Source: an uncultured Helicobacter sp. (GTDB taxonomy: Bacteria > Campylobacterota > Campylobacteria > Campylobacterales > UBA6016). From it: a stretch of DNA of 60,822 bases. The position numbers were made by a program, and so were the translations under genes. Below the pieces are notes generated by a model, which worked only from the letters and a program-made list of their open reading frames with translations, had not been told where the DNA came from and searched no databases. Below, in pieces: positions 29,039-39,341 of this stretch. The stretch spans positions 1 to 60,822 of the forward strand of contig CAZVTM010000009.1 of NCBI GenBank assembly GCA_964630205.1, in the 5' to 3' direction. The number at the start of each line of letters is the position of its first letter. Position 1 is the stretch's first letter.

Positions 29039-30928
29039 TTATTCTACTTCAGCGTCGATGACATCGTCATCTTTTTTGGCTTGTCCGCCTTGTGCGCCGC
29101 CTGCCGCACCTGCGTCGCCGCCTTGTTTTGCATACATAGCTTCCGCTAGTTTGTGGCTGGCAGATGTTAGATTTCTGGTTGCTACCTCTATCTCGTCTTT
29201 TGCTGCACCCTCTTCTGCAAGGCCGCCTTTTAGTTCTTTGATAGCCGCTTCGATTTTCACTTTTTCGTCGGCACTTACAGCGTCGCCTGATTCCGCAAGA
29301 GTTTTTTCCGTTTGGTGGATTAGGGCGTCCGCCTGGTTTTTAGCTTCGACAACTTCTTTTCTCTTTTTATCTTCTTCTTTATGTGCCTCGGCTTCTTGCA
29401 CCATTTTATTGATTTCATCTTCGCTTAGACCCGATGAACCCGTGATTTTGATATTTGACTCTTTGCCGCTTGCTTTGTCTTTTGCAGACACATTCAGGAT
29501 ACCGTTGGCGTCAATGTCAAATGTAACTTCGATTTGAGGCACCCCTCTTGGAGCTGCCATGATGCCGCCTAGTTCGAACATACCTAGCGATTTGTTGTCT
29601 TTTGCAAACTCTCTTTCGCCCTGTAGTACATGGATAGTTACCGCAGGCTGGTTGTCCTCGGCAGTCGAGAACGTCTGCGATTTTTTGGCAGGTATAGTCG
29701 TACCTCTGTCGATTACTTTTGTCATTACGCCGCCGAGTGTTTCGATACCTAGGCTTAGCGGAGTTACGTCAAGTAGTAACACATCTTTTACATCGCCTTT
29801 TAGTACGCCGCCTTGAATTGCCGCACCCACGGCCACGACTTCGTCGGGATTTACCGTTTTGTTAAGCTCTTTACCAAAGTAGTCTTTTACCATCTCTTGG
29901 ATTTTTGGCACCCTAGTTGAGCCGCCCACCATTACTACTTCGTCGATTGCGCCCTTGTCAAGTCCCGCTTGTTTTAGCACCTCTACGATTTTGTTTTTTG
30001 TTTTGTCTACAAGGTCGCCGATGATAGACTCAAATTTCGCTCTTGTTAGTTTTTTTACAAGGTGTTTTGGGCCTGTTGCGTCAGCCGTAATAAACGGTAG
30101 ATTTATCTCCGTTTCCATCGCAGTAGATAGCTCTTTTTTGGCGTTTTCAGCCGCTTCTTTTAGTCTTTGGAGCGCCATTTTGTCGTTTTTGAGGTCTATG
30201 CCTTGCTCCGCTTTGAACTCGTTCGCTAGCCAGTCGATAACTCTATTGTCAAAGTCGTCGCCGCCTAGGAATGCGTCACCGTCGGTCGCAAGAACTTCAA
30301 ATACGCCGTCACCCACATCAAGCACAGTAACGTCGAATGTACCGCCGCCTAGGTCATAGATAAGGATTTTTTCTTGCGCTTTTTTATCAAGTCCGTAAGC
30401 CAGTGATGCAGCCGTCGGCTCATTGATAATTCTAAGCACATTTAGGCCGGCGATAATACCCGCTTCTTTCGTCGCTTTTCTTTGAGCATCATTGAAGTAT
30501 GCAGGCACGGTAATTACAGCGTCCGTTACCTCTTCACCTAGGAAGCTCTCGGCGTCTTCTTTTAGCTTCATAAGGATTTTTGCGGAAATCTCTTGCGGCG
30601 TATATATCTTGTCGCCGATTTCTACTGCGCAAGCACCATTTCTGTCTACTATTTTGTACGAAACTTTGCTTCTTGCTTCATTCGCTTTTGTCTCATTTGT
30701 CATAAGACCCATAATTCTCTTGATAGAGTAGATTGTTTTTTCCGGGTTTGTGATAGCTTGTCTTTTTGCCGTCATACCTACAAGCACTTCGCCTTTGTCG
30801 GTAAATGCTACTACTGATGGCGTAGTTCTAGCGCCCTCTTTGTTCGTTAGCACTTTCGGCTCTGCGCCCTCCATAAAGGCTACGCAAGAGTTTGTTGTTC
30901 CAAGGTCAATTCCAATTACTTTTCCCAT
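29039..30928 (-). CDS. dnaK: Chaperone DnaK
   Basis: [25 protein letters not shown] motifs. Confidence 0.99.
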   Translation of the reverse strand: MGKVIGIDLGTTNSCVAFMEGAEPKVLTNKEGARTTPSVVAFTDKGEVLVGMTAKRQAITNPEKTIYSIKRIMGLMTNETKANEARSKVSYKIVDRNGACAVEIGDKIYTPQEISAKILMKLKEDAESFLGEEVTDAVITVPAYFNDAQRKATKEAGIIAGLNVLRIINEPTAASLAYGLDKKAQEKILIYDLGGGTFDVTVLDVGDGVFEVLATDGDAFLGGDDFDNRVIDWLANEFKAEQGIDLKNDKMALQRLKEAAENAKKELSTAMETEINLPFITADATGPKHLVKKLTRAKFESIIGDLVDKTKNKIVEVLKQAGLDKGAIDEVVMVGGSTRVPKIQEMVKDYFGKELNKTVNPDEVVAVGAAIQGGVLKGDVKDVLLLDVTPLSLGIETLGGVMTKVIDRGTTIPAKKSQTFSTAEDNQPAVTIHVLQGEREFAKDNKSLGMFELGGIMAAPRGVPQIEVTFDIDANGILNVSAKDKASGKESNIKITGSSGLSEDEINKMVQEAEAHKEEDKKRKEVVEAKNQADALIHQTEKTLAESGDAVSADEKVKIEAAIKELKGGLAEEGAAKDEIEVATRNLTSASHKLAEAMYAKQGGDAGAAGGAQGGQAKKDDDVIDAEVE

Positions 30929-30969
30929 TTTCTTATCCTTTTTTTAGTTTTAATTTCGTATTTTTAACT

Positions 30970-31470
30970 TTACTTTTTACAAACACTGACAAGAGCGGGT
31001 CTAATCACTCTGTCTTTAAAAATATAGCCTTTTTGCAAGGTAGCCACGATATGCCCCTCTTCCACCTCGTCGCTCGGAGCCTGCATGATAGCCTCGTGCA
31101 TTTCAGGGTCAAATGGGCCGCTTACCGCTATTTGCTTGATACCGTTTCGCTCAAATGTTTTAACAAGCGTATCGAGAGTTAGCGAAACGCCCTCTCTTAG
31201 CTTGTCGCACTCGGTAGCTTCGCCGCTATGGGCAAGGGCAAGCTCAAGTGAGTCAATGATAGGAAGCATCTCTTTTGCAAACTTCTCGTTCGTGTAATCG
31301 ATGGCCATTTGCTTCTCTTTTTCAAGGCGCTTTTTTGTGTTTTCAAAGTCGGCGTGAGCCCTTAGGTATTTATCCTCAAGCTCTTTGTATTTTGTCTCGG
31401 CGTCCACCTCTGTAGGAGCCGACACCTCTTCAACGTTTTCTATAGTTTCTTCATTTTTTATATCTTCCAA
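30970..31470 (-). CDS. grpE: Nucleotide exchange factor GrpE
   Basis: RAHADFEN, FDPEMHEA, QKGY...RPALV motifs. Confidence 0.96.
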   Translation of the reverse strand: MEDIKNEETIENVEEVSAPTEVDAETKYKELEDKYLRAHADFENTKKRLEKEKQMAIDYTNEKFAKEMLPIIDSLELALAHSGEATECDKLREGVSLTLDTLVKTFERNGIKQIAVSGPFDPEMHEAIMQAPSDEVEEGHIVATLQKGYIFKDRVIRPALVSVCKK

Positions 31471-31485
31471 ATTTATCTCCTTTTT

Positions 31486-32286
31486 CTAGTTTAGCGCACA
31501 CAAAAAGCTGCTGAAGTCACGAGAGAGATGACCAACATACATCATTTCCCCGCTCTTGTCGCCTATCTTGGCTTCGGTCTTAACGGCCATGTAGCCTTCC
31601 GGAATTAGGCTGCCGAAATATATGCCAAGCTGTGTTTCTGCCGCCACTTTGCCGTCCATAAAGTGTGGCATCATCTCTTTTGCCCAGCCTCTATCTTCTT
31701 TTGCTATCTCAAGAAGTTCGTCCTGGTTTACGACGGCAGCCTCTTTGGAGAAGATATATTCCGATAATTTTGCATACGCCTCTTGGACACCGTAATGGGC
31801 AGAAAGCACTCTAATTTGTGAAGCTTCAAGCCCCAAAAACTCATCCAAAAATGACTTTAGATGAGCGTCGCCACGAAACAATACTTCACCTTGCTCAAAT
31901 TCGGCAATTATATATTTAGATCCGGCCACAAAGACATTCAAAAGTTTATCGCTTTCATTTATCTTCAAAATTGAGGCTATTTTGTATTCTTTTGAGGCTT
32001 CGGCAACACGTTCCAAATCATCTATGCAAACCGTATTTATAGGGGCAAGCCTTTCAAACCAAAACTCTTTTAAAGCATTTTGGCTCGGCACTCTACCGCC
32101 GGAGATATGAAACTGCACAAGCACACCGTCTTCAACCATCTGCTTGAAATAGTTTCTAATCGTAGCCGAAGATATTTCCATATCTATAATGGACTGCAAA
32201 CGCTGTGAGCCTATCGGCGAAGTAGTTTTAATATACTCCGATATGATACACTCCAAAATAGCGGCTCTTTTATCAACTCTTGCCAT
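31486..32286 (-). CDS. hrcA: Heat-inducible transcription repressor HrcA
   Basis: PIGS...SSATIRNYF...H.SGGRVP wHTH; first gene of hrcA-grpE-dnaK. Confidence 0.92.
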   Translation of the reverse strand: MARVDKRAAILECIISEYIKTTSPIGSQRLQSIIDMEISSATIRNYFKQMVEDGVLVQFHISGGRVPSQNALKEFWFERLAPINTVCIDDLERVAEASKEYKIASILKINESDKLLNVFVAGSKYIIAEFEQGEVLFRGDAHLKSFLDEFLGLEASQIRVLSAHYGVQEAYAKLSEYIFSKEAAVVNQDELLEIAKEDRGWAKEMMPHFMDGKVAAETQLGIYFGSLIPEGYMAVKTEAKIGDKSGEMMYVGHLSRDFSSFLCALN

Positions 32287-32309
32287 TGTTTAGCCATCTT
32301 TTTTAGTAT

Positions 32310-32336
32310 TTAGCACTTTGTATTTTTAAGTGCTAA
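32310..32336. promoter_or_regulatory. CIRCE operator (HrcA site)
   Basis: TTAGCACTT-N9-AAGTGCTAA perfect inverted repeat versus consensus TTAGCACTC-N9-GAGTGCTAA. Confidence 0.9.
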
Positions 32337-32340
32337 TGAA

Positions 32341-32369
32341 ATTATACATCTTTAGTGAAGTGTTGTCAA
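32341..32369 (-). promoter_or_regulatory. Sigma70 promoter of hrcA-grpE-dnaK
   Basis: Minus strand TTGACA-N17-TATAAT immediately upstream of the CIRCE. Confidence 0.88.
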
Positions 32370-33196
32370 GATTTATTTTTATCCATTTCATAAAAGGCAT
32401 TAGTAGCCTCCACAAAGCCTTCCACACTACCGCAATCAAAGCGTTTGCCCTTAAATTTATAGGCCACTACCATGTTGTTTTTGGCCTGCATCTTGAGCGC
32501 ATCCGTTATCTGCAATTCTCCGTTTTTGCCGACTGGGGTATTCTCTAGTATCTCAAAAATATCCGGAGTAAGTATATATCTGCCGATGATTGCCAAATTT
32601 GACGGTGCGTCTGCAGGAGACGGCTTTTCGACCATGTCGCTAACCATATATACGCCGCTCTCCATCTCTTTTCCGCTTATTATTCCGTATTTTGAGGAGT
32701 CTTTTATGTCTATTTCCTCTATTGCGACGATGGAGCATCTATACTTTTTATACAACTCCACCATTTGAGCAAGAACACTGCTGCCGTCGTCTCCCACGCA
32801 CAAGTCGTCAGCCAAAAGTACGGCAAACGGAACATTACCGATTAACGTCCTGCCGGTAAGTATGGCATGTCCAAGCCCCTTCATCTCGACTTGTCTAGTG
32901 TATGAGAAAGAACAAACATCGATAATATTTCGTATGTCGGCTAGGTATTTCTCTTTTTCAGTCCCCTTTATCTGATGCTCAAGCTCATAAGATATGTCAA
33001 AATGGTCCTCGATCGCCCTCTTGCCCCTTCCGGTCACTATCGCCATCTCCGTAAGCCCTGCATCCATAGCCTCTTCTACGCCGTATTGTATAAGCGGCTT
33101 TGTCAGTACGGGCAACATCTCTTTTGGCATAGCCTTTGTGGCGGGTAAAAATCTAGTACCGTATCCCGCAGCCGGAAATAAACATTTAGTTATCAA
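32366..33196 (-). CDS. galU: UTP--glucose-1-phosphate uridylyltransferase
   Basis: PAAGYGTRFLPATKAMPKEMLP, MVEKP, GRY motifs. Confidence 0.96.
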   Translation of the reverse strand: MITKCLFPAAGYGTRFLPATKAMPKEMLPVLTKPLIQYGVEEAMDAGLTEMAIVTGRGKRAIEDHFDISYELEHQIKGTEKEKYLADIRNIIDVCSFSYTRQVEMKGLGHAILTGRTLIGNVPFAVLLADDLCVGDDGSSVLAQMVELYKKYRCSIVAIEEIDIKDSSKYGIISGKEMESGVYMVSDMVEKPSPADAPSNLAIIGRYILTPDIFEILENTPVGKNGELQITDALKMQAKNNMVVAYKFKGKRFDCGSVEGFVEATNAFYEMDKNKS

Positions 33197-33260
33197 ATAT
33201 AGCTCCTAAAACGATTGCTTTTTATTTTATTCTAACAGCGCGGCGCTTAAGGGCTGTATT

Positions 33261-33269
33261 TGATATAAT
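33261..33269 (+). promoter_or_regulatory. Extended -10 promoter of ybeY
   Basis: TGATATAAT ending 20 bp upstream of the ATG. Confidence 0.55.
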
Positions 33270-33289
33270 CGATTAAAAACGGAGCGTAG

Positions 33290-33703
33290 ATGATAGACTT
33301 TGACAATCATACCGAGCATAAAATCGACGAGACTGTATTCGAAAAAATCCTACAAACTGTCGCTCCTTCCAAAAATTTGGAGCTAATCATAGTAGGCGAT
33401 GACGAGATACGAGAGATTAACCTTGAATACCGCAAGCTTGACAAGGCAACGGACGTACTAAGTTTTCCGATTAAAGAATCAAAAACTAATTTTATAGGCT
33501 CGATTATAATATCCGCCGATACGGCTAAGAGGGTTGCGGACGAACTTGGACACTCTTTTGAAAAAGAGTTACAGATACTTTTTATTCACGGTCTGTTACA
33601 CACAATAGGTTTTGACCACGAGATAGACAACGGGCAAATGAGGGAAAAAGAGACGCAGATAGCTTCAATCCTTGGTCTAGCAGAGACTATGCTATCTAGG
33701 TGA
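33290..33703 (+). CDS. ybeY: rRNA maturation endoribonuclease YbeY
   Basis: TDVLSFP and HGLLHxxGFDH motifs. Confidence 0.95.
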   Translation: MIDFDNHTEHKIDETVFEKILQTVAPSKNLELIIVGDDEIREINLEYRKLDKATDVLSFPIKESKTNFIGSIIISADTAKRVADELGHSFEKELQILFIHGLLHTIGFDHEIDNGQMREKETQIASILGLAETMLSR

Positions 33704-35500
33704 ATCCCCTGCGGGCTTGATATATCCGAGCTCTATAAGTTTTCTATAAACTGCAGCAACTATTGGTCCGGCTTCCAAACCGCCGTGTCCGCCGTGCTCA
33801 ACCATCGCCGTAACTACGTATCTTGGATTTTCATACGGCGCATAGGTTGTAAGCCATGCGTGAGAACGTTTGTAGTAGTCTAGTTGCTCCTCTTTCATAC
33901 GATTGACCTCTGATTGTGCAATCGAGGATACCTGTGCTGTTCCAGTCTTGCCGGCAACCTTGATAGGCAAATATCCTAGCGAGCCGTAAGCCGTACCGCC
34001 CGGGGTGTTGCACACCTGATACATACCTTCTTGTATCGGCAACAATCTACCCATCTCCTCTTTTTTGATTAGCTCTTTCACGCTTGAAGCCGTCGGCTTG
34101 CCACCAACCATTAGGGCAAATTTTGGGGTGACATCTTTACCGGTCGCAAGCGAAGCGGTAAATTTGGCAACCTGCAACGGTGTAACTACTGTACTGCCTT
34201 GCCCAATTACCGTATTCAAAGTCTCACCTGCAAACCAAGGCTTTTTATATCTTTTTTTCTTCCACTCAGGAGAGGGCATAATACCGTTGGACTCGCCGGG
34301 GAGATCAACGCCTGTTTTTTGTCCCAATCCAAGCTCGCTAAGTGTTTTTGATATGATACTAATTCCTACGCGAAGAGACATCTTGTAATAATACGTATCG
34401 CAGCTCTCTTTTATAGATTTTCGCATATCCACTGTTCCGTGACCCTCTTTTTTCCAGTCCCTAAATTTTCTGCCGCCAAACTCTATAAAACCGGCATCAC
34501 TAATACTCTCGCTAGGTTCCACCCCTGCTCTTTGGAGTGCAAGCGCCACACCCGGCTTGACAACCGACCCAGGTGGGTAAAGACCTTTTGTAAGTCTGTT
34601 TGTAAGAGGATGATTGAGATCGTTCATCATGGCAGCCCACTCTTCGTTACTCAATCCTTTGACAAAAGTATTTATGTCATATTCCGGGAAGCTACCGGCC
34701 GCAAGTATGGAGCCGTCATTTATATCCATAACCACTATCGCTCCGCTTTTACCGATGTAAAGCTCAGAGATAAACCTTTGTAGCCTAATATCTATAGAAG
34801 TCACCAAATCGTGGTGCGACGACGGCTCTTTCGACTCTATCTCTTCAACGACTTCGTTATATGCATTAACCTTGTATGTTTTTTCGCCCGGCTCACCCTG
34901 CAACACTGAATTATAGAATTTTTCAAGCCCGTCTTTGCCTATAAAACCGTTAGGTGATATTATATTTTGTTTGGCAGCATCATCTTTTGATATTCTTGCC
35001 ACATAACCTATTACATGTCCAGCTATATCCCTCTCCGGATACTCTCTCATCGTTGTCGATTCTATTTGAAGATGTTCATCCAGACTAAGTACTGTAAAAA
35101 ACGGCAAAATTTGCTCATACGGCATAAAATCTACAACTCTGATGTTCTCATGATTGTATGCGGAATCTTCCCTGATATACAAAGCTTTTGTTTTTTCTAT
35201 GCTTAGACTCGGGAAAAATTGCTTAAGCATTGCCAGTTTTTGGTCAAGTATCGCTATGTTTTTTTTCTTGGAGAGATGCGGAACGATACTTATCGCAAAA
35301 CCTAGCTTATTAATAGCTAACGGATTTTTATTGCGGTCGAATATGACCCCTCTTGCCGGATAAATTAACTCTGTTTTGATGGAGTTTCTAGCAGATAGTT
35401 CTTCATAATAGGCATTTGATTTAACGCTAAAATAAAACACCCGAACAAGCAGAGTCGACCATACGACGATAAAAATCGCGATTACAATTCTATCTCGCAC
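33692..35500 (-). CDS. mrdA: Penicillin-binding protein 2
   Basis: PGSVVK (SxxK), SCD, KTGTAQ motifs; N-terminal TM and RG.I.DRN. Confidence 0.94.
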   Translation of the reverse strand: MRDRIVIAIFIVVWSTLLVRVFYFSVKSNAYYEELSARNSIKTELIYPARGVIFDRNKNPLAINKLGFAISIVPHLSKKKNIAILDQKLAMLKQFFPSLSIEKTKALYIREDSAYNHENIRVVDFMPYEQILPFFTVLSLDEHLQIESTTMREYPERDIAGHVIGYVARISKDDAAKQNIISPNGFIGKDGLEKFYNSVLQGEPGEKTYKVNAYNEVVEEIESKEPSSHHDLVTSIDIRLQRFISELYIGKSGAIVVMDINDGSILAAGSFPEYDINTFVKGLSNEEWAAMMNDLNHPLTNRLTKGLYPPGSVVKPGVALALQRAGVEPSESISDAGFIEFGGRKFRDWKKEGHGTVDMRKSIKESCDTYYYKMSLRVGISIISKTLSELGLGQKTGVDLPGESNGIMPSPEWKKKRYKKPWFAGETLNTVIGQGSTVVTPLQVAKFTASLATGKDVTPKFALMVGGKPTASSVKELIKKEEMGRLLPIQEGMYQVCNTPGGTAYGSLGYLPIKVAGKTGTAQVSSIAQSEVNRMKEEQLDYYKRSHAWLTTYAPYENPRYVVTAMVEHGGHGGLEAGPIVAAVYRKLIELGYIKPAGDSPR

Positions 35501-35502
35501 GC

Positions 35503-35952
35503 CTACTCCAAAGAGAGCGCTATAAGCGTCTCAAAAAACATATACACAAAAAGCGGAGCAAGCGAAACCGTAACTGTCTCTTTTAGGAAAAACATATCTA
35601 TCGCATTTAGCATAAAAAAGTATGCCGGATATGCGAGTAGCGCCCCAAGTGCCGCGATACATCGTCTGCAATCAAGGAAATTTCCGACCAGCGGAATCAA
35701 ATAATAGATATAAAAAAACAAAAAAAGCCAGCTTGAAAACAGATAATAGCCCCTGTCAAGCTCAAAAAATAAGAGGTATGCAAGTACAAACCACATAACA
35801 TACTTCTCTCGAACAAAATACGCAAGGACTATAAACACGCCAAAAAGAGGCGGCATATACGGATTTAGCGCACTAAGCGCCAAATACATAAATAGTATTA
35901 CACCCCAAATAAAAAGTTTTAAATAGTTTTTATCAGCGATATTTCGTTGCAA
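35503..35952 (-). CDS. Integral membrane protein, MreD-like
   Basis: Hydrophobic ~150 aa directly upstream of mrdA; start uncertain (TTG 35952 vs track 35970). Confidence 0.6.
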   Translation of the reverse strand: MQRNIADKNYLKLFIWGVILFMYLALSALNPYMPPLFGVFIVLAYFVREKYVMWFVLAYLLFFELDRGYYLFSSWLFLFFYIYYLIPLVGNFLDCRRCIAALGALLAYPAYFFMLNAIDMFFLKETVTVSLAPLFVYMFFETLIALSLE

Positions 35953-36377
35953 ATAGGAAAATGCTTGCACTTTATACAGTCCGCCCAGATTTTATGTTCA
36001 GGTATCTCTTCTTTCGGGATTTCTACAAACCCGTTATTTTCAAAAAATTCTTTTTGATACGTCAGGGTCAAGATTTTTGAAAGTCCAAGTCTCTTGCCCT
36101 CTTTCTCAAGTTCGGCCACCAAAGCCTTGCCTACACCTTTGCCTCTATATCCTTCCTTTACCACAAGACTTCTAACTTCGGCTATCTCCGGAGAGTATAT
36201 GTGCAAGGCGGCAAAACCTATAAGCTCGTCACCATCTTTTGCCACGGTGTAAGAACGTATCGTGTTTGCCATCTCGTTTGCGTCGCGATACAGTATAACG
36301 CCGCTTTCAACCTCTTTTTGCACCAAAGTCTGCATCGCGGCAATATCAAGGAGGGTTGGTTTTACAAACTCCATCAC
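35919..36377 (-). CDS. GNAT N-acetyltransferase (short ArgA-like)
   Basis: AEVRSLVV, YRGKGVG AcCoA motif, KIWADCIKCKHFPICNE tail. Confidence 0.85.
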   Translation of the reverse strand: MMEFVKPTLLDIAAMQTLVQKEVESGVILYRDANEMANTIRSYTVAKDGDELIGFAALHIYSPEIAEVRSLVVKEGYRGKGVGKALVAELEKEGKRLGLSKILTLTYQKEFFENNGFVEIPKEEIPEHKIWADCIKCKHFPICNEISLIKTI

Positions 36378-36973
36378 GCTATCTTCCCAAAAAGCGCTTC
36401 ATGCGACTTGGCAAGCAGCATATCAAGACCTATTTTTGCCGACGCCGATACAAACAAAGCGTTTGGATTGTTTTTACGCAAAAGCGAAAGCTCGTTTTTT
36501 GTCAGCTTATCCACTTTTGTAAATACTTCGCAAACGGTATAATCCCGCCTATTCAGGGTAGACAAAAACTCCTTGACGTCATCGTCTATCTCCATTTTTG
36601 GATGCCTCGAGTCGCGAAGTAGTAAAAACAGCTTGATGGCGGAACGACCAAATAAAAATCTAGTCAGATTCTCCTCCCAAAGCTCTTTTTCACCTTTTGA
36701 GACTTTGGCATACCCAAACCCAGGCAAGTCGACGAGTCTAAATCTTAGTCTCTCTTCACCCTCGGCCGCATTGATATCAAAAAAGTTTATAAGCTTTGTT
36801 TTGCCGGGAGTAGATGACGATTTTGCCAAATCTTTTCTAGAGCAAAAAGCGTTGATAAGCGAGCTTTTGCCGACATTTGAACGTCCCAAAAAAGCCACCT
36901 CCGCAAAATCCTCGGACGGAGAATCTCCAAGCTTTGCGGCCGATTTTACAAACTCGGCGTTTAGTATCCTCAT
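36374..36973 (-). CDS. engB: Ribosome biogenesis GTPase YihA/EngB
   Basis: GRSNVGKSS, PGKT, DLPGFGY, TKVDK motifs. Confidence 0.95.
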   Translation of the reverse strand: MRILNAEFVKSAAKLGDSPSEDFAEVAFLGRSNVGKSSLINAFCSRKDLAKSSSTPGKTKLINFFDINAAEGEERLRFRLVDLPGFGYAKVSKGEKELWEENLTRFLFGRSAIKLFLLLRDSRHPKMEIDDDVKEFLSTLNRRDYTVCEVFTKVDKLTKNELSLLRKNNPNALFVSASAKIGLDMLLAKSHEALFGKIA

Positions 36974-37455
36974 TTGGTTTTTTTACTACTGTTTTTGTCT
37001 TCGATAAAGAAGATAAATTTGGCAGGCTTGCCGCCCTCTTCGCCGACTACCGTAGCTTTTTTGGTCACATCGTTGACAAATATCCTATCACCAAACACTT
37101 TTCTTTTTTCTTCTACATATTCGACATAACCGTCACCGACCAGCAAATACTCTTTTTGATTCGGGAAATACGTAATAGTTCTCGCCTTCCCTTTATAGGT
37201 CTTGTTGCCCTCTTGTATCATGACGAAACTAGCATTCCCTATTGCTTCAAATTTATGCGGTTTTCTTGCGGCATCGGTATAGACAAAAAGCGTATCGGAA
37301 TATATGGTATCGCCCTCTTTTACCACTTTCACGTTGCCGCTAAATTTTGATACGCCGCTTTTATCGTCGCCGTCAAATCTTTTGGCAGTTATCTCTACCT
37401 CGGCGGCAAACAGCGAAAAAGCCAAACAGCAACTAAGCAAAATTTTAAAAAACAT
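36970..37455 (-). CDS. lptA: LPS transport periplasmic protein LptA
   Basis: Signal peptide; OstA-type beta-jellyroll (EITA.., FSGNV, EAIGN); conserved position before engB. Confidence 0.85.
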   Translation of the reverse strand: MFFKILLSCCLAFSLFAAEVEITAKRFDGDDKSGVSKFSGNVKVVKEGDTIYSDTLFVYTDAARKPHKFEAIGNASFVMIQEGNKTYKGKARTITYFPNQKEYLLVGDGYVEYVEEKRKVFGDRIFVNDVTKKATVVGEEGGKPAKFIFFIEDKNSSKKTK

Positions 37456-37464
37456 ACTACCGAC

Positions 37465-37995
37465 CTATAAGTTTAGCTTGGCTCGCACAGATTCTATGCC
37501 CACCGTTTTATTTTTAATATTAATGGAAGATGAATTTCCAAACGCCACGAACTTCTCGCCTTCAAACCGAAACGGATTGTCTATGTATAGCGTTTGAATG
37601 CTCTCTTTATAGCGCGATTTATCGGTGGTGATCTTGTAGCCGTCGCTTCTAAGATAATTTACATCCCCGGTTAGAGTAATCTCATCACCTATTTTTACCG
37701 CTTTTTTGGAGAGTATATTTGTCGTATAGTTGACGTCTCTTTTTTCTATTTTGAAGCCGTATATTTCATCTTTGTCTTTAAAATGATAACCGACCGAGCC
37801 TAAAACTTCTACGCCGTTGCTACCGTTTTGAAGCTCAACCTATTTGAATTTCTTCAGCTCCAAAAGCGCTCCGGCAAACTCTTTGTTTTCACCCTTTACA
37901 TCCCTATCGTTTTGGTATACCGCAAACAAAGGGACAAACAAAGCCGCAGCCAGAAATCCTACGATATAGGAGAAGAGTCGTCCGCTCCTCCTCAT
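37465..37995 (-). pseudogene. lptC: LPS export protein LptC with an in-frame TAG at codon 52 (not in ORF track)
   Basis: ATG overlaps the hisB TGA; N-terminal TM then ...LELKKFK*VELQ...ITLTGDVNYLRSDG...NPFRF..., 177 codons; TAG at 37840-37842; directly upstream of lptA. Confidence 0.75.
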
Positions 37996-38561
37996 AGCAC
38001 CCCTTTTGTACTAGGGACACCGCTGCCGCTCGGTTTTAAAGCTCTTCTGAGCGAAACGGCAAATGCTTTAAATGCCCCTTCTACTATATGGTGAAGATTT
38101 TGACCTCTCGCCTTCGTAATGTGTGCTGAAATCTTGAAGTTATACACAAGGGCACGAAAAAACTCCTCCGCAAGCTCTGCGTCAAATTCACCTATTTTAC
38201 CGTTCAGGCGACCAAGGTCAAAGTATAGATAAGGTCTTCCAGATATGTCAATGGCGCTCTCCACCAAAGCCTCATCCATAACAATACTTGCCTCACCGAA
38301 TCTCTCTATCGCACCGACAGGAAATACCGCCTTATGAAGCGCCTCGCCTATGACAATGCCGACATCCTCTACCGTATGGTGAAAATCAACATGCAAATCA
38401 CCCTTACAGACAAGATTTATCTCTATGCCAGAGTGTTTTGCGAGACTGTTTAGCATATGGTCAAAAAACCCGATTCCGGTCTCTATCTTGGACTCTCCGC
38501 CGCCCAGCCCAAGTTCCAGCTTAATTTGCGTCTCTTTTGTATTTCTCTCTATCTTTATCAT
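37992..38561 (-). CDS. hisB: Imidazoleglycerol-phosphate dehydratase
   Basis: FFDHML, DFHHTVEDVGI, NLHHIVE, PSTKG motifs. Confidence 0.97.
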   Translation of the reverse strand: MIKIERNTKETQIKLELGLGGGESKIETGIGFFDHMLNSLAKHSGIEINLVCKGDLHVDFHHTVEDVGIVIGEALHKAVFPVGAIERFGEASIVMDEALVESAIDISGRPYLYFDLGRLNGKIGEFDAELAEEFFRALVYNFKISAHITKARGQNLHHIVEGAFKAFAVSLRRALKPSGSGVPSTKGVL

Positions 38562-38570
38562 ATTTTTTCC

Positions 38571-39341
38571 TTAGTCCAGACTAACAAAGAACGACCCGGC
38601 AAAGCGACCTTCTTTAATAAAGTCCCTAGCCTCATTCTCGCTTCTAAAGCCCGTCAACATGACTCTGTATATAGGACTTCCCTGCATATCGTAAGTCTTT
38701 ACGATTGCCTTATACGCACCGTTCACACTTGCATGCTTCGCTGCCCACTCGTCGGCGCCGCTTTTATTTTTGAATGCCCCTATCTGAACCGCTATCGAAG
38801 ATACGGACTTGCTCTCTTTGGAGCCGCTTTTTGCCACTACACCGTCAAACCCTAGCACTACAAGCTTAACCGGGGCCGTCCCGGTCTTATCTATACCGAC
38901 CTCTTTACCGGCGGCGAAAGACAGGTCTATAATCCTGCCGTCAACGAAAGGCCCACGGTCGTTTATTCTAACAACGGTACTTTTATTGTTGTTTAGATTT
39001 GTCACTCTGACTATCGTATTCATAGGGAGTGTTTTGTGTGCGGCGGTATTTGCGTTCATATCGTACATTTCGCCGTTAGCCGTCTTTTTGCCGTGGAAAT
39101 CCGGACCGTACCAGCTAGCTATACCGCTATACTCTTCGCCAACCGAAACAAAAGACGGATAATACGTCTTGCCGAATACGGTATAAGGCTTCATATTGTA
39201 GGCAAAAGCGGATGACGGCTTTGTCGAAGCCTCGCTTGAGGTTTGAGCGCTTTTTTGATATGGATTGTATTTGACTTCATATTTTTGCGAACATCCGGCA
39301 AATAAAAATACCAAAATAGCGGTAATTAAAATATTTCTCAA
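38571..39341 (-). CDS. rlpA: Septal ring lytic transglycosylase RlpA lipoprotein with SPOR domain
   Basis: Lipobox FAGC, GIASWYG, TAAHKTLP, RINDRGPF, C-terminal VQIGAF. Confidence 0.93.
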   Translation of the reverse strand: MRNILITAILVFLFAGCSQKYEVKYNPYQKSAQTSSEASTKPSSAFAYNMKPYTVFGKTYYPSFVSVGEEYSGIASWYGPDFHGKKTANGEMYDMNANTAAHKTLPMNTIVRVTNLNNNKSTVVRINDRGPFVDGRIIDLSFAAGKEVGIDKTGTAPVKLVVLGFDGVVAKSGSKESKSVSSIAVQIGAFKNKSGADEWAAKHASVNGAYKAIVKTYDMQGSPIYRVMLTGFRSENEARDFIKEGRFAGSFFVSLD

